From a bacterium (Candidatus Blackallbacteria) CG13_big_fil_rev_8_21_14_2_50_49_14 (lineage in GTDB: Bacteria > Cyanobacteriota > Sericytochromatia > UBA7694): a stretch of 64,000 bases of DNA. The stretch lies in the NCBI GenBank assembly GCA_002783405.1, contig PFGG01000035.1, positions 194,940 to 258,939 on the forward strand. The letters are read 5' to 3'. Under the pieces are notes generated by a model. It saw nothing but the letters and a program-made list of their open reading frames with translations, ran no database searches and was not told the DNA's origin. Shown here piece after piece: positions 48,669 to 58,372 of this stretch. Within the stretch, counting starts at the first letter, position 1. Every line of letters begins with the position of its first letter. Position numbers and translations under genes: made by a program.

Positions 48669-49730
48669 ATGAATGATCCAAACGCGCCAGAAGACCAACA
48701 ACCAAATCGTAGATTGTCCTCAAGGGCAACTAATTTTTTAATGAGTTCAATGGGCTCCTCTGTAGGCCAAGTCAGCCAAACAGGTCCCATTCATGAGGAG
48801 CAACCGCCTTCTGTCGAAACATCGGAAGCTCAAGGTCAAGCCCCTCTTGCTCATGACAATACCGAAAGCAAACGAAAAACGGGCGTGATCAGTTCAACCA
48901 TTTACCCGGCACAACGTCAAGGTAACCAAGAACAGGCCCCGGAAAATCAGACGGCTAGTAAAACCAATCAATTAAACCAGACTAAAACAGCTGGGCCGAA
49001 ACAAAGTAAAAAACTGACACCGCTAGACAAAGCGAAACGTCAAGAAGAAAAAATTGACAATCTGGCGGAGCGCATTACCAATGTTCTCAAACAAATTTCC
49101 GAATTTAAAACAGGCATGTTAGATTCAAATTTAGCACCCAGCCAAAGATTACAATGGGTTACTGAAAAATACCCGGGTTTTTCAAAAATATTTGGCGTAT
49201 TATTAACACAATTAGAACCTGTTATTTTACTCATGCAGCGCATCAATCAAAAACTCCTTGAAAAAAACCTGATCCAAGGAAAGAGAAGACTCAGCCATAA
49301 CGCGCACGATCGGGTCGAACAGGATTCTGCAGATCATCCTCCTCCTCCCCCTCCCAAGGTCTCGTTCCTCGAACTTGCAGAGAAAAACATTGTTTTTTGT
49401 GATAACCGCAAGCGTCCACTCTATTCTATTGAAACCATGCGGGGAAAACATGGCTATACAGCCAGCGAGGAAGTACTCGTACCTATGATTATGGAAAATA
49501 TTATCCAGGCCTTTCAGGAAGTTGCGCCTAAGGCCAAAGCAATACCTACCCCACAAAGCGGCTTTTATGCGGGAAAGGCAATGGATCAAGTTATGTACAA
49601 TATTTCAGAAGAAGAAATTATGTTGTTTTTAAATTACGTACAAAAATTCCCGCGTGGTTATGTGGGTAAAAATTTTCGAATCACTGAGTCTTTTGCAGGC
49701 TGGGTGGTAAGTGGCACGCCGGATGATTAA
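48669..49730 (+). CDS. Hypothetical protein (354 aa) with a disordered Gln/Ser/Thr-rich N-terminal third, a poly-Pro tract and a structured C-terminal domain
   Basis: ATG at 48669, only 6 nt after a TACAAT -10-like hexamer (possibly leaderless). Its stop overlaps the start of the CheY-like gene (TAAATG). No motif recognised. Confidence 0.5.
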   Translation: MNDPNAPEDQQPNRRLSSRATNFLMSSMGSSVGQVSQTGPIHEEQPPSVETSEAQGQAPLAHDNTESKRKTGVISSTIYPAQRQGNQEQAPENQTASKTNQLNQTKTAGPKQSKKLTPLDKAKRQEEKIDNLAERITNVLKQISEFKTGMLDSNLAPSQRLQWVTEKYPGFSKIFGVLLTQLEPVILLMQRINQKLLEKNLIQGKRRLSHNAHDRVEQDSADHPPPPPPKVSFLELAEKNIVFCDNRKRPLYSIETMRGKHGYTASEEVLVPMIMENIIQAFQEVAPKAKAIPTPQSGFYAGKAMDQVMYNISEEEIMLFLNYVQKFPRGYVGKNFRITESFAGWVVSGTPDD

Positions 49731-50096
49731 ATGAAACGCATACTTGTGATTGAAGACTCTGCTTTTATTAGATATCTGCTTCAAGAAAATCTGCTCGAGC
49801 TTCAAATGGAAATTATCGGCGAAAGCAGTACCTCTGAAGAGGGTTTTGAACTTTTTCAAAAATACAAACCCGATGTCACCTTAATAGACTACAGTCTTTC
49901 CACTGGTTCGGGTCTGGAATTAGCTGAGAAAATTTTAAAAGAAAATATGTATGCCCGCCTTATTTTAATGCTTCCATACCGCATGTTTTATCAGGCACAA
50001 GAATTAATTGCCATGGGGATTCGGGCGGTTGTCAGCAAACCTTTTTATCCTGAAAAACTCCAAAGCACTTTAATCGAAGCCATAGAAGACTTTTGA
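49731..50096 (+). CDS. Single-domain response regulator (CheY-like receiver)
   Basis: 121 aa. Acidic pocket (IEDS...), the phospho-acceptor Asp in VTLIDYSL, a conserved T/S (TGSG) and K (VSKPF). Confidence 0.75.
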   Translation: MKRILVIEDSAFIRYLLQENLLELQMEIIGESSTSEEGFELFQKYKPDVTLIDYSLSTGSGLELAEKILKENMYARLILMLPYRMFYQAQELIAMGIRAVVSKPFYPEKLQSTLIEAIEDF

Positions 50097-50104
50097 GCAA
50101 AAAA

Positions 50105-50137
50105 AAGCTGTCGATAAAGTTTATCAACAGCTTTTTA
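50105..50137. terminator. Bidirectional rho-independent terminator between the response regulator gene and tRNA-Ala
   Basis: AAAAAGCTGTCGATAAA g TTTATCAACAGCTTTTT is a near-perfect 16-bp palindrome (one G-U position) flanked by A- and T-runs. Confidence 0.5.
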
Positions 50138-50142
50138 ACGGA

Positions 50143-50215
50143 TGGAGGTAAGCGGATTCGAACCGCTGACCCCTTGCATGCCATGCAAGTGCTCTACCAG
50201 CTGAGCTATACCCCC
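50143..50215 (-). tRNA. tRNA-Ala (anticodon GGC)
   Basis: The reverse complement folds as a 73-nt cloverleaf. The acceptor GGGGGTA/TACCTCC carries the G3:U70 Ala identity pair. Anticodon loop ATGGCAT, T-loop TTCGAAT. Confidence 0.85.
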
Positions 50216-50289
50216 GCAACGAAATTTAATGTACCATGAATCACTTAGAAGTGTCGATTCGATTGGGCAAAAAATTTTTGAATTATACG

Positions 50290-50766
50290 ATGTTGAAATT
50301 TGTTTTAAAACCCACCATGAGATTTACAGTGTGCTTGACAGGACTCTTATCATGCCTTTGTTTAATCAGTTGTATCTTTTCCGAGGCGCAGTTCAATACG
50401 GTTTCAGAAACAGCCCCCCCCCGGAGTTTACATGATTTAAAAAACACAGAATCTAAGTATATCCTGGTGCCACAAGAAGAAATTCATTCTGTCGATCAAT
50501 ATGGAAACAGACGATTACAGATTCATTTTGAACTGCAGACACCTGAAAGCACAGTCAAAGATCTAAAATTTGCTTTGGTGCGAAGCCTCAAAACTTACCA
50601 ACAACAATACCAAATCATTTGGGTCAGTGTCTCAAGCAAAACGCATCAACCCTTGCTTCAGGCAGAATGGTTTTCGGCTCAAATGCCCAAATTTCAAAAA
50701 CGCTCTCAACTTAAACCAGAGGAAGAATTTAGATCGATTTTTATCGACTATCTCAAAACGCCATGA
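50290..50766 (+). CDS. Hypothetical lipoprotein
   Basis: ATG at 50290 gives MLKFVLKPTMRFTVCLTGLLSCLCLISC, a signal peptide with a lipobox. Contains a C9 homopolymer (50414..50422) encoding APPR. No motif recognised. Confidence 0.5.
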   Translation: MLKFVLKPTMRFTVCLTGLLSCLCLISCIFSEAQFNTVSETAPPRSLHDLKNTESKYILVPQEEIHSVDQYGNRRLQIHFELQTPESTVKDLKFALVRSLKTYQQQYQIIWVSVSSKTHQPLLQAEWFSAQMPKFQKRSQLKPEEEFRSIFIDYLKTP

Positions 50767-51248
50767 GGAATACGGGATATTTGTTCTTTTGGCTATTGTT
50801 TTTTTTTATCAGTTGTCAACAACAAGAGCATAAACAGCAAACGACTCAAGACAATTCAAGCATTGAAGATTTTCAAATCTCTGAAACCATAAATGGACAA
50901 ACAAAATGGGTGGCGAGTGCCCAGAAAGCCCAAAAAACCCCCCACAAAGAGCGGACATTTCATGTTTTTCGGCTAAATGTCGAGTGGAAGGAACCCTTGA
51001 TGACCCTTGAGGCGGATCAGGCAGAATTAAAACCAGGTCAGATTCTTTTTCAAGAAGGAAAGGGTTATTTTCAAGATATAAAATTTGAGATGAAGAACTT
51101 TGAGCTTAAAACAAAAGAGAATATGTTTTATTCCGATACCTTATCATTAAAAAGCAAAAATTTTTCACAAACTGGTATTGATTTAATTGCTGATTTAAAC
51201 CTGAAGAAACTCAAGTACAAAAAAGCCAAGGGTCTTTATCTATACTAA
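50763..51248 (+). CDS. Hypothetical lipoprotein (161 aa)
   Basis: ATGA overlap with the upstream gene. Signal peptide with lipobox LFFFISC. Beta-rich. A distant LptC-like possibility was not verified. Confidence 0.5.
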   Translation: MRNTGYLFFWLLFFFISCQQQEHKQQTTQDNSSIEDFQISETINGQTKWVASAQKAQKTPHKERTFHVFRLNVEWKEPLMTLEADQAELKPGQILFQEGKGYFQDIKFEMKNFELKTKENMFYSDTLSLKSKNFSQTGIDLIADLNLKKLKYKKAKGLYLY

Positions 51249-51306
51249 GTAACTGATTCGATTTATTATGACTCAAAACAAAATCGAAGCCGAATAAACG
51301 TCTCAT

Positions 51307-51978
51307 CTAACGGTTTTGAATAAACTTACCAATTCCCTCATTGCTGCCAATGATCACAAGCAAATCATTCTTCTGAATCACATGATCAGGACCGGGAATC
51401 ACGGCAAGCTCTGCACCCATATGCTTAATCGCAACGACTGAGATGGAGTATTTAACTCTTAAATTGAGCTCTGCCAAATTTTTATTAATACAGGCAGAAG
51501 GCGCCATGATCTCCATGACACTGAAGCGTGGATCCAACTGAAAGCTCTCTAAAATGCTGGATTGCATCAGCATATGAGCCACACGGTTTCCCATATCGCG
51601 CTCAGGATACACAACCTTGGGAACATTCATTCTTTCAAGAATTTTTCCATGATTGGCATTGCTGGCTTTTGCAATTAAGCGCTTCACCCCCATTTCCATC
51701 AAATTCAAGGCCGTTAGAATGCTGGCTTGTAAGTCTTCACCAATCGCCAGAACAACACCATCAAAGCCTTGTAATCCTAGCTCTTCTAGGGCATGAATAT
51801 TGGTAGAATCAAGACAAACTGCCTGGGTAACCAGATTTTCGGTCTGCACTATTTGAACATTGTCCTCATCATTATCAATCGCAAGCACCTCATGACCTTG
51901 TGAGCGCAAAGTAGCGGCAACACTAACGCCAAACCGTCCCAATCCGATAACAGCAAATTGTTTCATCATTCTAATCAA
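51307..51978 (-). CDS. Potassium uptake system NAD-binding subunit (TrkA/KtrA, RCK domain)
   Basis: Rossmann motif AVIGLGRFGVSVA, and TrkA-N plus TrkA-C organisation. Overlaps the downstream TrkH/KtrB gene. Confidence 0.8.
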   Translation of the reverse strand: MIRMMKQFAVIGLGRFGVSVAATLRSQGHEVLAIDNDEDNVQIVQTENLVTQAVCLDSTNIHALEELGLQGFDGVVLAIGEDLQASILTALNLMEMGVKRLIAKASNANHGKILERMNVPKVVYPERDMGNRVAHMLMQSSILESFQLDPRFSVMEIMAPSACINKNLAELNLRVKYSISVVAIKHMGAELAVIPGPDHVIQKNDLLVIIGSNEGIGKFIQNR

Positions 51979-53369
51979 CTCACCAATAAGTTTTCTTCAG
52001 GATATTTTACCAAGGCATGCCGATGCTTCCACCAGATGGCTGTTCCGATGGTAATAACGCCCACCCGTCCAGCATACATCGTTGCAATAATCAAAATTTG
52101 ACCAAAGGGAGAAAGCAAAGGCGTTAAACTCGCAGAAAGCCCTACTGTCGCAAAAGCAGAGACCACTTCAAACAGCATTTTTAGCAGATCCTGTTTTTCA
52201 CTGATCGTCATCAAAATCGTCACACAATTTATCCAAAGTATAGAAAACAGAACTGTCGCCATGGCTTTTGAAAGTGTGGACTCACTGATACGTCTCTGAA
52301 AAAGAGTTACTTGTTGACGTCCCTTCAGTACATAAAAAGCCTGAAGCAAGATGACGACAATCGTCGTGGTTTTAACACCACCACCTGTACTTCCAGGATT
52401 CGCTCCCACCAACATCAAAGACATCATAAAGAACAAACTGGTCTGGGTTAAATGCGATGTATCCAATGCATTAAAACCAGCAGTTCGAGGCATGACAGAC
52501 TGAAAGAATGCATTTAATAATTTTTCGGCGGGTGAAAGATTTGCCAAGGTTTGCGGATTATGCAATTCAAGGTACAAAAAGGCATAGGTTCCCAGAACAA
52601 GTAAAACAGTTGTCGAAAGCAGACAAACCCGGGTATGCAAAGATAAATATTTCCAACGAAATGGCTCTTTGCGATTGGATAAACGATGCCAAAGCTCAGA
52701 CAAAACAGGATAGCCCATACTGCCCATAATCACCAGTAGTGCAATCGTCAAAAGTATCAAAGGCTGACTTTTAAACCCCATTAAACTGTCACTGAAAAGT
52801 GAAAAACCTGCGTTATTGAAAGCAGAAACACTGTGAAAAAGCGCAAAATACAATCCCTTAGAAATCCCCATTTGAGGTATCCACGTGAACGCCAAAATCA
52901 AAAATCCAAGACCTTCAAAAAAAAATGTGAAAAGTGCGATTCTGAAAATGAAACGAACCACACCCCCTGGCCCAGGCAAATCCAAGACCTGCTGCATGGC
53001 AATCCGATCACGCAACGACATTCGCTTGCCTACAGCCAATAGCATCAAACTATAAAGTGTCATATAGCCAAGCCCACCCAATTGAATCAAAACCAAAAGA
53101 ATGATTTGACCAGGAATTGTATAGTAAGTGCCTGGATCCACCACACTAAGACCTGTTACACAAACAGCAGAAGTGGAAGTAAATAAGGCAGTTAAAAATT
53201 GATCTGAGCGAAACTCTCGAACAGAGAAAGGCAGCCACAATAAAAGTGACCCAATTAAGATCAAGAAAGCAAAACCTAAAAGAGTAAGCTGTGATGGGGT
53301 AAATTGAAATTGTACTTTCGATGGCTTTTCAAAGGAGGAAAAAAGCTCTGGATTAAATTGGTTGCTCAA
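51975..53369 (-). CDS. Potassium transporter membrane subunit (TrkH/KtrB family)
   Basis: 464 aa. Four repeated M1-P-M2 units with Gly-containing selectivity-filter-like loops. Coupled to the TrkA gene. Confidence 0.8.
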   Translation of the reverse strand: MSNQFNPELFSSFEKPSKVQFQFTPSQLTLLGFAFLILIGSLLLWLPFSVREFRSDQFLTALFTSTSAVCVTGLSVVDPGTYYTIPGQIILLVLIQLGGLGYMTLYSLMLLAVGKRMSLRDRIAMQQVLDLPGPGGVVRFIFRIALFTFFFEGLGFLILAFTWIPQMGISKGLYFALFHSVSAFNNAGFSLFSDSLMGFKSQPLILLTIALLVIMGSMGYPVLSELWHRLSNRKEPFRWKYLSLHTRVCLLSTTVLLVLGTYAFLYLELHNPQTLANLSPAEKLLNAFFQSVMPRTAGFNALDTSHLTQTSLFFMMSLMLVGANPGSTGGGVKTTTIVVILLQAFYVLKGRQQVTLFQRRISESTLSKAMATVLFSILWINCVTILMTISEKQDLLKMLFEVVSAFATVGLSASLTPLLSPFGQILIIATMYAGRVGVITIGTAIWWKHRHALVKYPEENLLVS

Positions 53370-53503
53370 ACGACGAATAAACCTTTATTGACATCTCATC
53401 TGGTCTCGATTCCGTATCCACCCTCGGGAAAGTATGCTACCATGCACAGCATTAAGGAGGCAATTCAAAAAGATTAAGAAAAGAATCAATAGAGTCTAAA
53501 GAA

Positions 53504-54196
53504 ATGATTAAACTTAGTTTATTCCCAAAAGACAAAAAATTCTTCGTTTTATTCAACAATCTATCTCAATGTCTTGTTGAAATAACGACTGAATTCCAGA
53601 ATTTTTTGCAGGATTATGAAGATAAACCCATTGTAACAGGTCAACAGACCAGAGACTTAGTAGAAAGCTCTGTCTCGCTTAGAAAGATTATCGATCTGGA
53701 TTCCAAAGGTGATGGGTTGTCAGAAGATCTTTTAAAAACTCTCTTCTCAACTTTTGTTACCCCAATGGATCGTGAAGATATTCACGCCTTAACAAAGACA
53801 CTTACCAGCATCATTGAGCATATCAATGGTGCAGCCAGACGCTTTGATATGTACCAGATCAAAACAGTAGAACCAGCAGCCCTGGAACTGTCTCAAATTC
53901 TGATTGAAAGTACTTCTGAACTTAAATTTCTGATCGAGCGTCTCGACAATTTAAGCTCACTTGAAAGATTTACCCCACATATTGAAAAATTAAGCCAACT
54001 TGAAAAAGCTGGCGATAAAATCTATCGCACCACGATCAAAAAACTATTTTGTTCGGCAGGCGAGTCTCAATGCTCCACAGAAGATACACTCCATATTATT
54101 AAGTGGCAGGATATCTTTGAATGCCTTGAAAACGCAATTGATAAATGCAACAGTGCCGGCACGATTTTAATGGGGATTATCTTAAAATATGCTTGA
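53504..54196 (+). CDS. DUF47 / PhoU-like phosphate transport regulator (Pit accessory protein)
   Basis: 230-aa all-helical protein overlapping the downstream PiT gene. This is the conserved DUF47-PitA pairing. Confidence 0.7.
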   Translation: MIKLSLFPKDKKFFVLFNNLSQCLVEITTEFQNFLQDYEDKPIVTGQQTRDLVESSVSLRKIIDLDSKGDGLSEDLLKTLFSTFVTPMDREDIHALTKTLTSIIEHINGAARRFDMYQIKTVEPAALELSQILIESTSELKFLIERLDNLSSLERFTPHIEKLSQLEKAGDKIYRTTIKKLFCSAGESQCSTEDTLHIIKWQDIFECLENAIDKCNSAGTILMGIILKYA

Positions 54197-55202
54197 TCCC
54201 TTTATTCTTTTGGTCTGTGTCGTTATTGTTGCGCTTATTTTTGACTATATAAACGGCTTTCACGACACGGCCAATTCAATAGCAACCGTTGTCTCCACAC
54301 GTGTTTTAAGACCCTCTCAAGCAGTTATGATGGCCGCAGGTCTGAACCTATTGGGCGCATTTTTGGGCGTCGAGGTTGCAAAGACCATCGGAAAAGGTAT
54401 GGTTGCCGGTGAATCAGTTACCCAGATTACAGTTTTGGCTGCTCTAATTGGCGCAATCATCTGGAACTTGCTGACTTGGTATTTTGGCATCCCCTCAAGT
54501 TCCTCTCACGCCCTGATCGGCGCGCTCTGTGGTTCTGCTGCCGCCTTTAGTGGTTTGGGCTCTTTAAACACACATGGTCTGATCGAAAAAGTTTTTTTAC
54601 CCATGGTCATATCCCCCACCTTGGGTTTAATTTTTGGTTTTCTTGTCATGACTCTTTTGTATTGGATGCTTATCAAAGCAAAACCAGGTTTTGTAAACCG
54701 TTGGTTTTCAAAATTACAATTGGCTTCTGCAGGTTTTATGGCCCTGAGCCACGGCTCAAATGACGCTCAAAAAACCATGGGGATTATTACCATGGCTTTG
54801 CTGAGTTACTATGGTCCTCAAGCGGGTGGGGAGTTTCATGTTCCCTTTTGGGTGATCCTCTCATGCGCCATGGCCATGGGCATGGGCACTCTGGCAGGTG
54901 GTTGGAAAATTATCCACACCATGGGCAGCAAAATGATCAAACTGCAGCCCATTCATGGCTTCGCTGCAGAAACGTCAGCTGCCATTATGATACTGACAGC
55001 CTCACATATGGGCATGCCCGTAAGTACAACCCATGTCATTTCCAGTTCAATTATGGGAGTGGGGGCTTCTAAACGATTTTCCGCTGTTCGCTGGGGAATT
55101 GTGGGCAGTATTGTCTGGGCTTGGGTATTGACTTTTCCTCTTTCTTTTCTACTCGGAGGCAGTGCTTTTTATATCCTCAATTTCTTTTTCCATAAAGGCT
55201 AA
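54189..55202 (+). CDS. Inorganic phosphate transporter, PiT family
   Basis: Duplicated signature GFHDTANSIATVVSTRVL and GSNDAQKTMGII. About 10 TM helices. Confidence 0.85.
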   Translation: MLDPFILLVCVVIVALIFDYINGFHDTANSIATVVSTRVLRPSQAVMMAAGLNLLGAFLGVEVAKTIGKGMVAGESVTQITVLAALIGAIIWNLLTWYFGIPSSSSHALIGALCGSAAAFSGLGSLNTHGLIEKVFLPMVISPTLGLIFGFLVMTLLYWMLIKAKPGFVNRWFSKLQLASAGFMALSHGSNDAQKTMGIITMALLSYYGPQAGGEFHVPFWVILSCAMAMGMGTLAGGWKIIHTMGSKMIKLQPIHGFAAETSAAIMILTASHMGMPVSTTHVISSSIMGVGASKRFSAVRWGIVGSIVWAWVLTFPLSFLLGGSAFYILNFFFHKG

Positions 55203-55225
55203 TTTTTATCGGCAGGGAAACACTA

Positions 55226-56401
55226 TCAACCCCATTTATTGCGAAACCAAACCAGATAAACCGTGATTATGAGCAAGAGGCCATTTGCTCCCCAGGCACC
55301 TAAACAAGCCGAAATCTGACCTGAATCCCCCAGGGCAGTTCCTGCTGAAAAGAAAAGATAATAAACAAAGATAATCAGTAGACTTAAACCAAACCCCTGC
55401 ATTTTACTGCTGAGGGTTCTTGCGCCTAAAGCGGCACCAAGCAGTAAAAACAAAAGAGACGTCACTGGCAATGCGATTTTCTGATGCCACCTTACAGCCA
55501 AAGGCAGAGAGTTTTGTCCAGCAGTTTTCATATTCTGAATGGTTTCAGACAACTCATTCAGGTTCATCTCCATAGGCTGTCTGCTATGCTCCAAGACACT
55601 TTTTAATGAAGGTTGAAAGGTATAGGACATTTGTTTAAACTTTAAGCTGCGGTAAACACCTGAACTCGGCCATTCTTTCATTTCGCCCACTAAAAATGTC
55701 CAGTCTCCACTCTGGCTATTAAAAGAAGCCTCTTCGGCTTCAAGCAAAGCTTGGGCTTTATCCTTTTCAAAAATAAGCAATGCCACCCGAAACAAATGAT
55801 TTTTTTCAGCTTGTGCAGCATAGAGCAAATAGTGAAGTTGATGATCTTTTAATTCACGATAGACCAGATGGGCTTGTTGAGAAGAAATTTCTAAACGATG
55901 CGTTTGTGCAAAATTCAATAATTGCCGAGCCTGATAAATCGAGGAAGGCATAAAAGTTTCACCCATCAGCAGGGTGGCTATCGCCAAAACAAGTCCAGAC
56001 AAAGCCAAGGGAGAAAGAATTTGATAGAAACTCAATCCCAGCATTCTCAAAGAAAGCAGTTCGCCATCTCCCGATAGTCTCGAAAATGCCAGCATACTGC
56101 CCAATAATGAAGCCATTGGCAAAGTATAATAAAGCATTTCAGGAATACGATTTATGAATATTTTCAAAGCAAGTTCAAAAGGAATCTGGTACTGAACGCT
56201 TTGTTCCATCAGATTGAACAGAACAAAGCCTGTAATCATAATGGAGGACATCAAGAGCAATGAAAAGAAAAAGGGCGCTAAAAACTCAAGAATAAGATAC
56301 CGAGACAAAAGCCTGGTTCTTGAACCCATCAAAAATATCTGTTCTTTCAAGAATATAAAACGTGAGATCTTATACCGTCGGAGACTCGTAAAGATCCGCA
56401 T
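55226..56401 (-). CDS. LPS export ABC permease, LptF/LptG (YjgP/YjgQ) family, second copy
   Basis: 391 aa with the same 3TM-periplasmic-3TM layout. Immediately downstream of lptB, overlapping it by 32 nt. Confidence 0.75.
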   Translation of the reverse strand: MRIFTSLRRYKISRFIFLKEQIFLMGSRTRLLSRYLILEFLAPFFFSLLLMSSIMITGFVLFNLMEQSVQYQIPFELALKIFINRIPEMLYYTLPMASLLGSMLAFSRLSGDGELLSLRMLGLSFYQILSPLALSGLVLAIATLLMGETFMPSSIYQARQLLNFAQTHRLEISSQQAHLVYRELKDHQLHYLLYAAQAEKNHLFRVALLIFEKDKAQALLEAEEASFNSQSGDWTFLVGEMKEWPSSGVYRSLKFKQMSYTFQPSLKSVLEHSRQPMEMNLNELSETIQNMKTAGQNSLPLAVRWHQKIALPVTSLLFLLLGAALGARTLSSKMQGFGLSLLIIFVYYLFFSAGTALGDSGQISACLGAWGANGLLLIITVYLVWFRNKWG

Positions 56402-57221
56402 CCAGATCGTCGAAATTCACTTGGCTGAGATCTGCAATACTTTCTTCTTTACGCTTTAAAATTTCCTCATCCGAAAAGGGAAGCTTAATTTTTGAACGGT
56501 AGCGCTGAAACTTAAACTCATTTCCCAAATAATATCTTCGGGCCAAAGGATTGAGGGCTACTTCGTCCGAAGGACCACTGACGATCACATTTCCACGCGT
56601 TAAAATATAAGACCAGTCCGTAATACCCAGTGTCTCCTGGACATTGTGATCGGTAATCAAAATGCCGATGGTGCGCTTTTGTAAATGCACAATCATCTCT
56701 TTAATGCCCGCTACAGCAATCGGATCAATGCCGCTGAAGGGTTCATCCAATAATAAAAAAGACGGATTGGTGGCAACAGCACGCGCAATTTCTACACGTC
56801 TGCGTTCTCCTCCCGACAATTGATGTCCTTTTGACTTACGAACATGTTGAAGATTAAACTCTTCTAATAATTCATCCAAACGGGGTTTCTGTTCTGCGGC
56901 AGGAACATGCAATAACTGCCAAACCGCTTTTATATTTTCTTCAACTGTTAGCTTACGAAAAACAGAAGCCTCTTGAGGAAGATAGCTGATTCCCAAACGG
57001 GCACGCTTATGCATCGGCAATTTAGAGATCCGTTTGCCATCAAAATAGACATGTCCTTTGTCAGGGGAAACCAAGCCAACCACCATATAAAATGTGGTGG
57101 TCTTACCCGCTCCATTGGGCCCCAAGAGGCCAACCACCTCGCCTCGCCCAACACGGACATTGACATTATTGACCACTCGACGTCCGCGGTAGGTCTTCAT
57201 CAACCCCCGAGTTTCAATCAT
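56370..57221 (-). CDS. lptB: LPS export ABC transporter ATP-binding protein LptB, with a ~45-aa acidic C-terminal extension
   Basis: Walker [12 protein letters not shown], signature [13 protein letters not shown], Walker [13 protein letters not shown]. Adjacent to an LptF/G permease. Confidence 0.8.
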   Translation of the reverse strand: MIETRGLMKTYRGRRVVNNVNVRVGRGEVVGLLGPNGAGKTTTFYMVVGLVSPDKGHVYFDGKRISKLPMHKRARLGISYLPQEASVFRKLTVEENIKAVWQLLHVPAAEQKPRLDELLEEFNLQHVRKSKGHQLSGGERRRVEIARAVATNPSFLLLDEPFSGIDPIAVAGIKEMIVHLQKRTIGILITDHNVQETLGITDWSYILTRGNVIVSGPSDEVALNPLARRYYLGNEFKFQRYRSKIKLPFSDEEILKRKEESIADLSQVNFDDLDADLYESPTV

Positions 57222-58354
57222 ATAGGCTGTGCCGTGCTCATGATTCTTTTTTCTGTTTCAGGATCAAAAAGATGAATACGTCGAGTATCCAACCAAACAG
57301 GCAATTCACTGCCTGAGGAAAGATGCAGAACTTTAATCGTGTCTACTTCTGCTACCAGCTTATGTTTGTCACCTACAGAGAGATGAACAAAGGTGCGGGA
57401 ACCTGAGGGCTCAACCACATCAATCCAGGCCTGAACAGACTGCCATTCAGGATTGGATTCATCGATATCCGTGAGAGCCAAAAACTCAGGGCGAATGCCC
57501 ATAATGACTTCTTTTCCTTTGAAGCTCTCCAAATCACCCGCCACCACATCAGTCTTTTTGAGACTGAGTTGGATACCGGGTGCTTCAACCTTGACCGTTG
57601 TACTGTCCATATCAGTCAGGCGTACCTGAATAAAATTCATAGAGGGGCTGCCGATAAAACCAGCCACAAATAAATTAGACGGAAATTCATAGGCGACAGC
57701 AGGAGAGGCCAATTGTTGAATAATTCCTCCCTTCATGACGGCAATGCGATCCCCCATGGTCATGGCTTCAATCTGATCATGGGTCACATAAACGGTGGTA
57801 ATGCCGAGCTTTTGCTGCAGCCGTTTAATCTCAGTGCGTGTTTGCATACGCAATTTTGCGTCCAGATTTGAGAGGGGTTCATCCATTAAAAAGACTTGCG
57901 CATCTCTCACCAAGGCGCGCCCCAAGGCGACACGCTGCCGTTGTCCACCAGACAGTTCTTTGGGCTTGCGGTGCAGGTAAGGCTTGATATCTAACATATC
58001 CGCAGCTTCCTGTACCTTCTTATCAATTTCAGATTTTGAATATTTGCGTAATTTTAATCCGAAGGCGATATTGTCATAGACCGTCATATGGGGATAAAGC
58101 GCATAATTTTGAAAAACCATGGCAATATCGCGATCTTTCGGAGGCACATGTGTAACCTCACGATCTCCAATCACGATCGAACCTTCATTTGCAGTTTCTA
58201 AGCCTGCAATCAGGCGCAAAGTAGTTGATTTACCACAACCACTTCCCCCCACCAAAACAAGAAACTCTCCATCTTTAATATGTAAAGAAAGTGATTTAAT
58301 AATTTCAACCGATCCATAACGTTTTACAATATTCGTTAGTTTGACTTCACCCAC
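57218..58354 (-). CDS. ABC transporter ATP-binding protein, MalK/UgpC/MsmX-type (carbohydrate importer ATPase with a C-terminal regulatory domain)
   Basis: Walker [10 protein letters not shown], signature [14 protein letters not shown], Walker [12 protein letters not shown], and a ~130-aa TOBE-like C-terminal domain. No permease or binding-protein genes are adjacent. Confidence 0.8.
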   Translation of the reverse strand: MGEVKLTNIVKRYGSVEIIKSLSLHIKDGEFLVLVGGSGCGKSTTLRLIAGLETANEGSIVIGDREVTHVPPKDRDIAMVFQNYALYPHMTVYDNIAFGLKLRKYSKSEIDKKVQEAADMLDIKPYLHRKPKELSGGQRQRVALGRALVRDAQVFLMDEPLSNLDAKLRMQTRTEIKRLQQKLGITTVYVTHDQIEAMTMGDRIAVMKGGIIQQLASPAVAYEFPSNLFVAGFIGSPSMNFIQVRLTDMDSTTVKVEAPGIQLSLKKTDVVAGDLESFKGKEVIMGIRPEFLALTDIDESNPEWQSVQAWIDVVEPSGSRTFVHLSVGDKHKLVAEVDTIKVLHLSSGSELPVWLDTRRIHLFDPETEKRIMSTAQPI

Positions 58355-58372
58355 AACCGCTCCCGCCCTTCG

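Noticed and set aside
48566-48790. Long N-terminal extension of the FlbD ORF (start at 48790) and the upstream start at 48615 for the divergent gene
   Set aside because: The two extensions would overlap each other on opposite strands. The FlbD family begins at the internal MIKLTRL (ATG 48565), and the divergent gene has an ATG at 48669 just after a -10-like hexamer, leaving a plausible 104-bp shared regulatory region.
50763-51248. Annotating the 161-aa lipoprotein as LptC
   Set aside because: It is not adjacent to lptA/lptB. It has a lipobox rather than the LptC-type TM anchor, and it was not verified by any profile. Left as a hypothetical lipoprotein.
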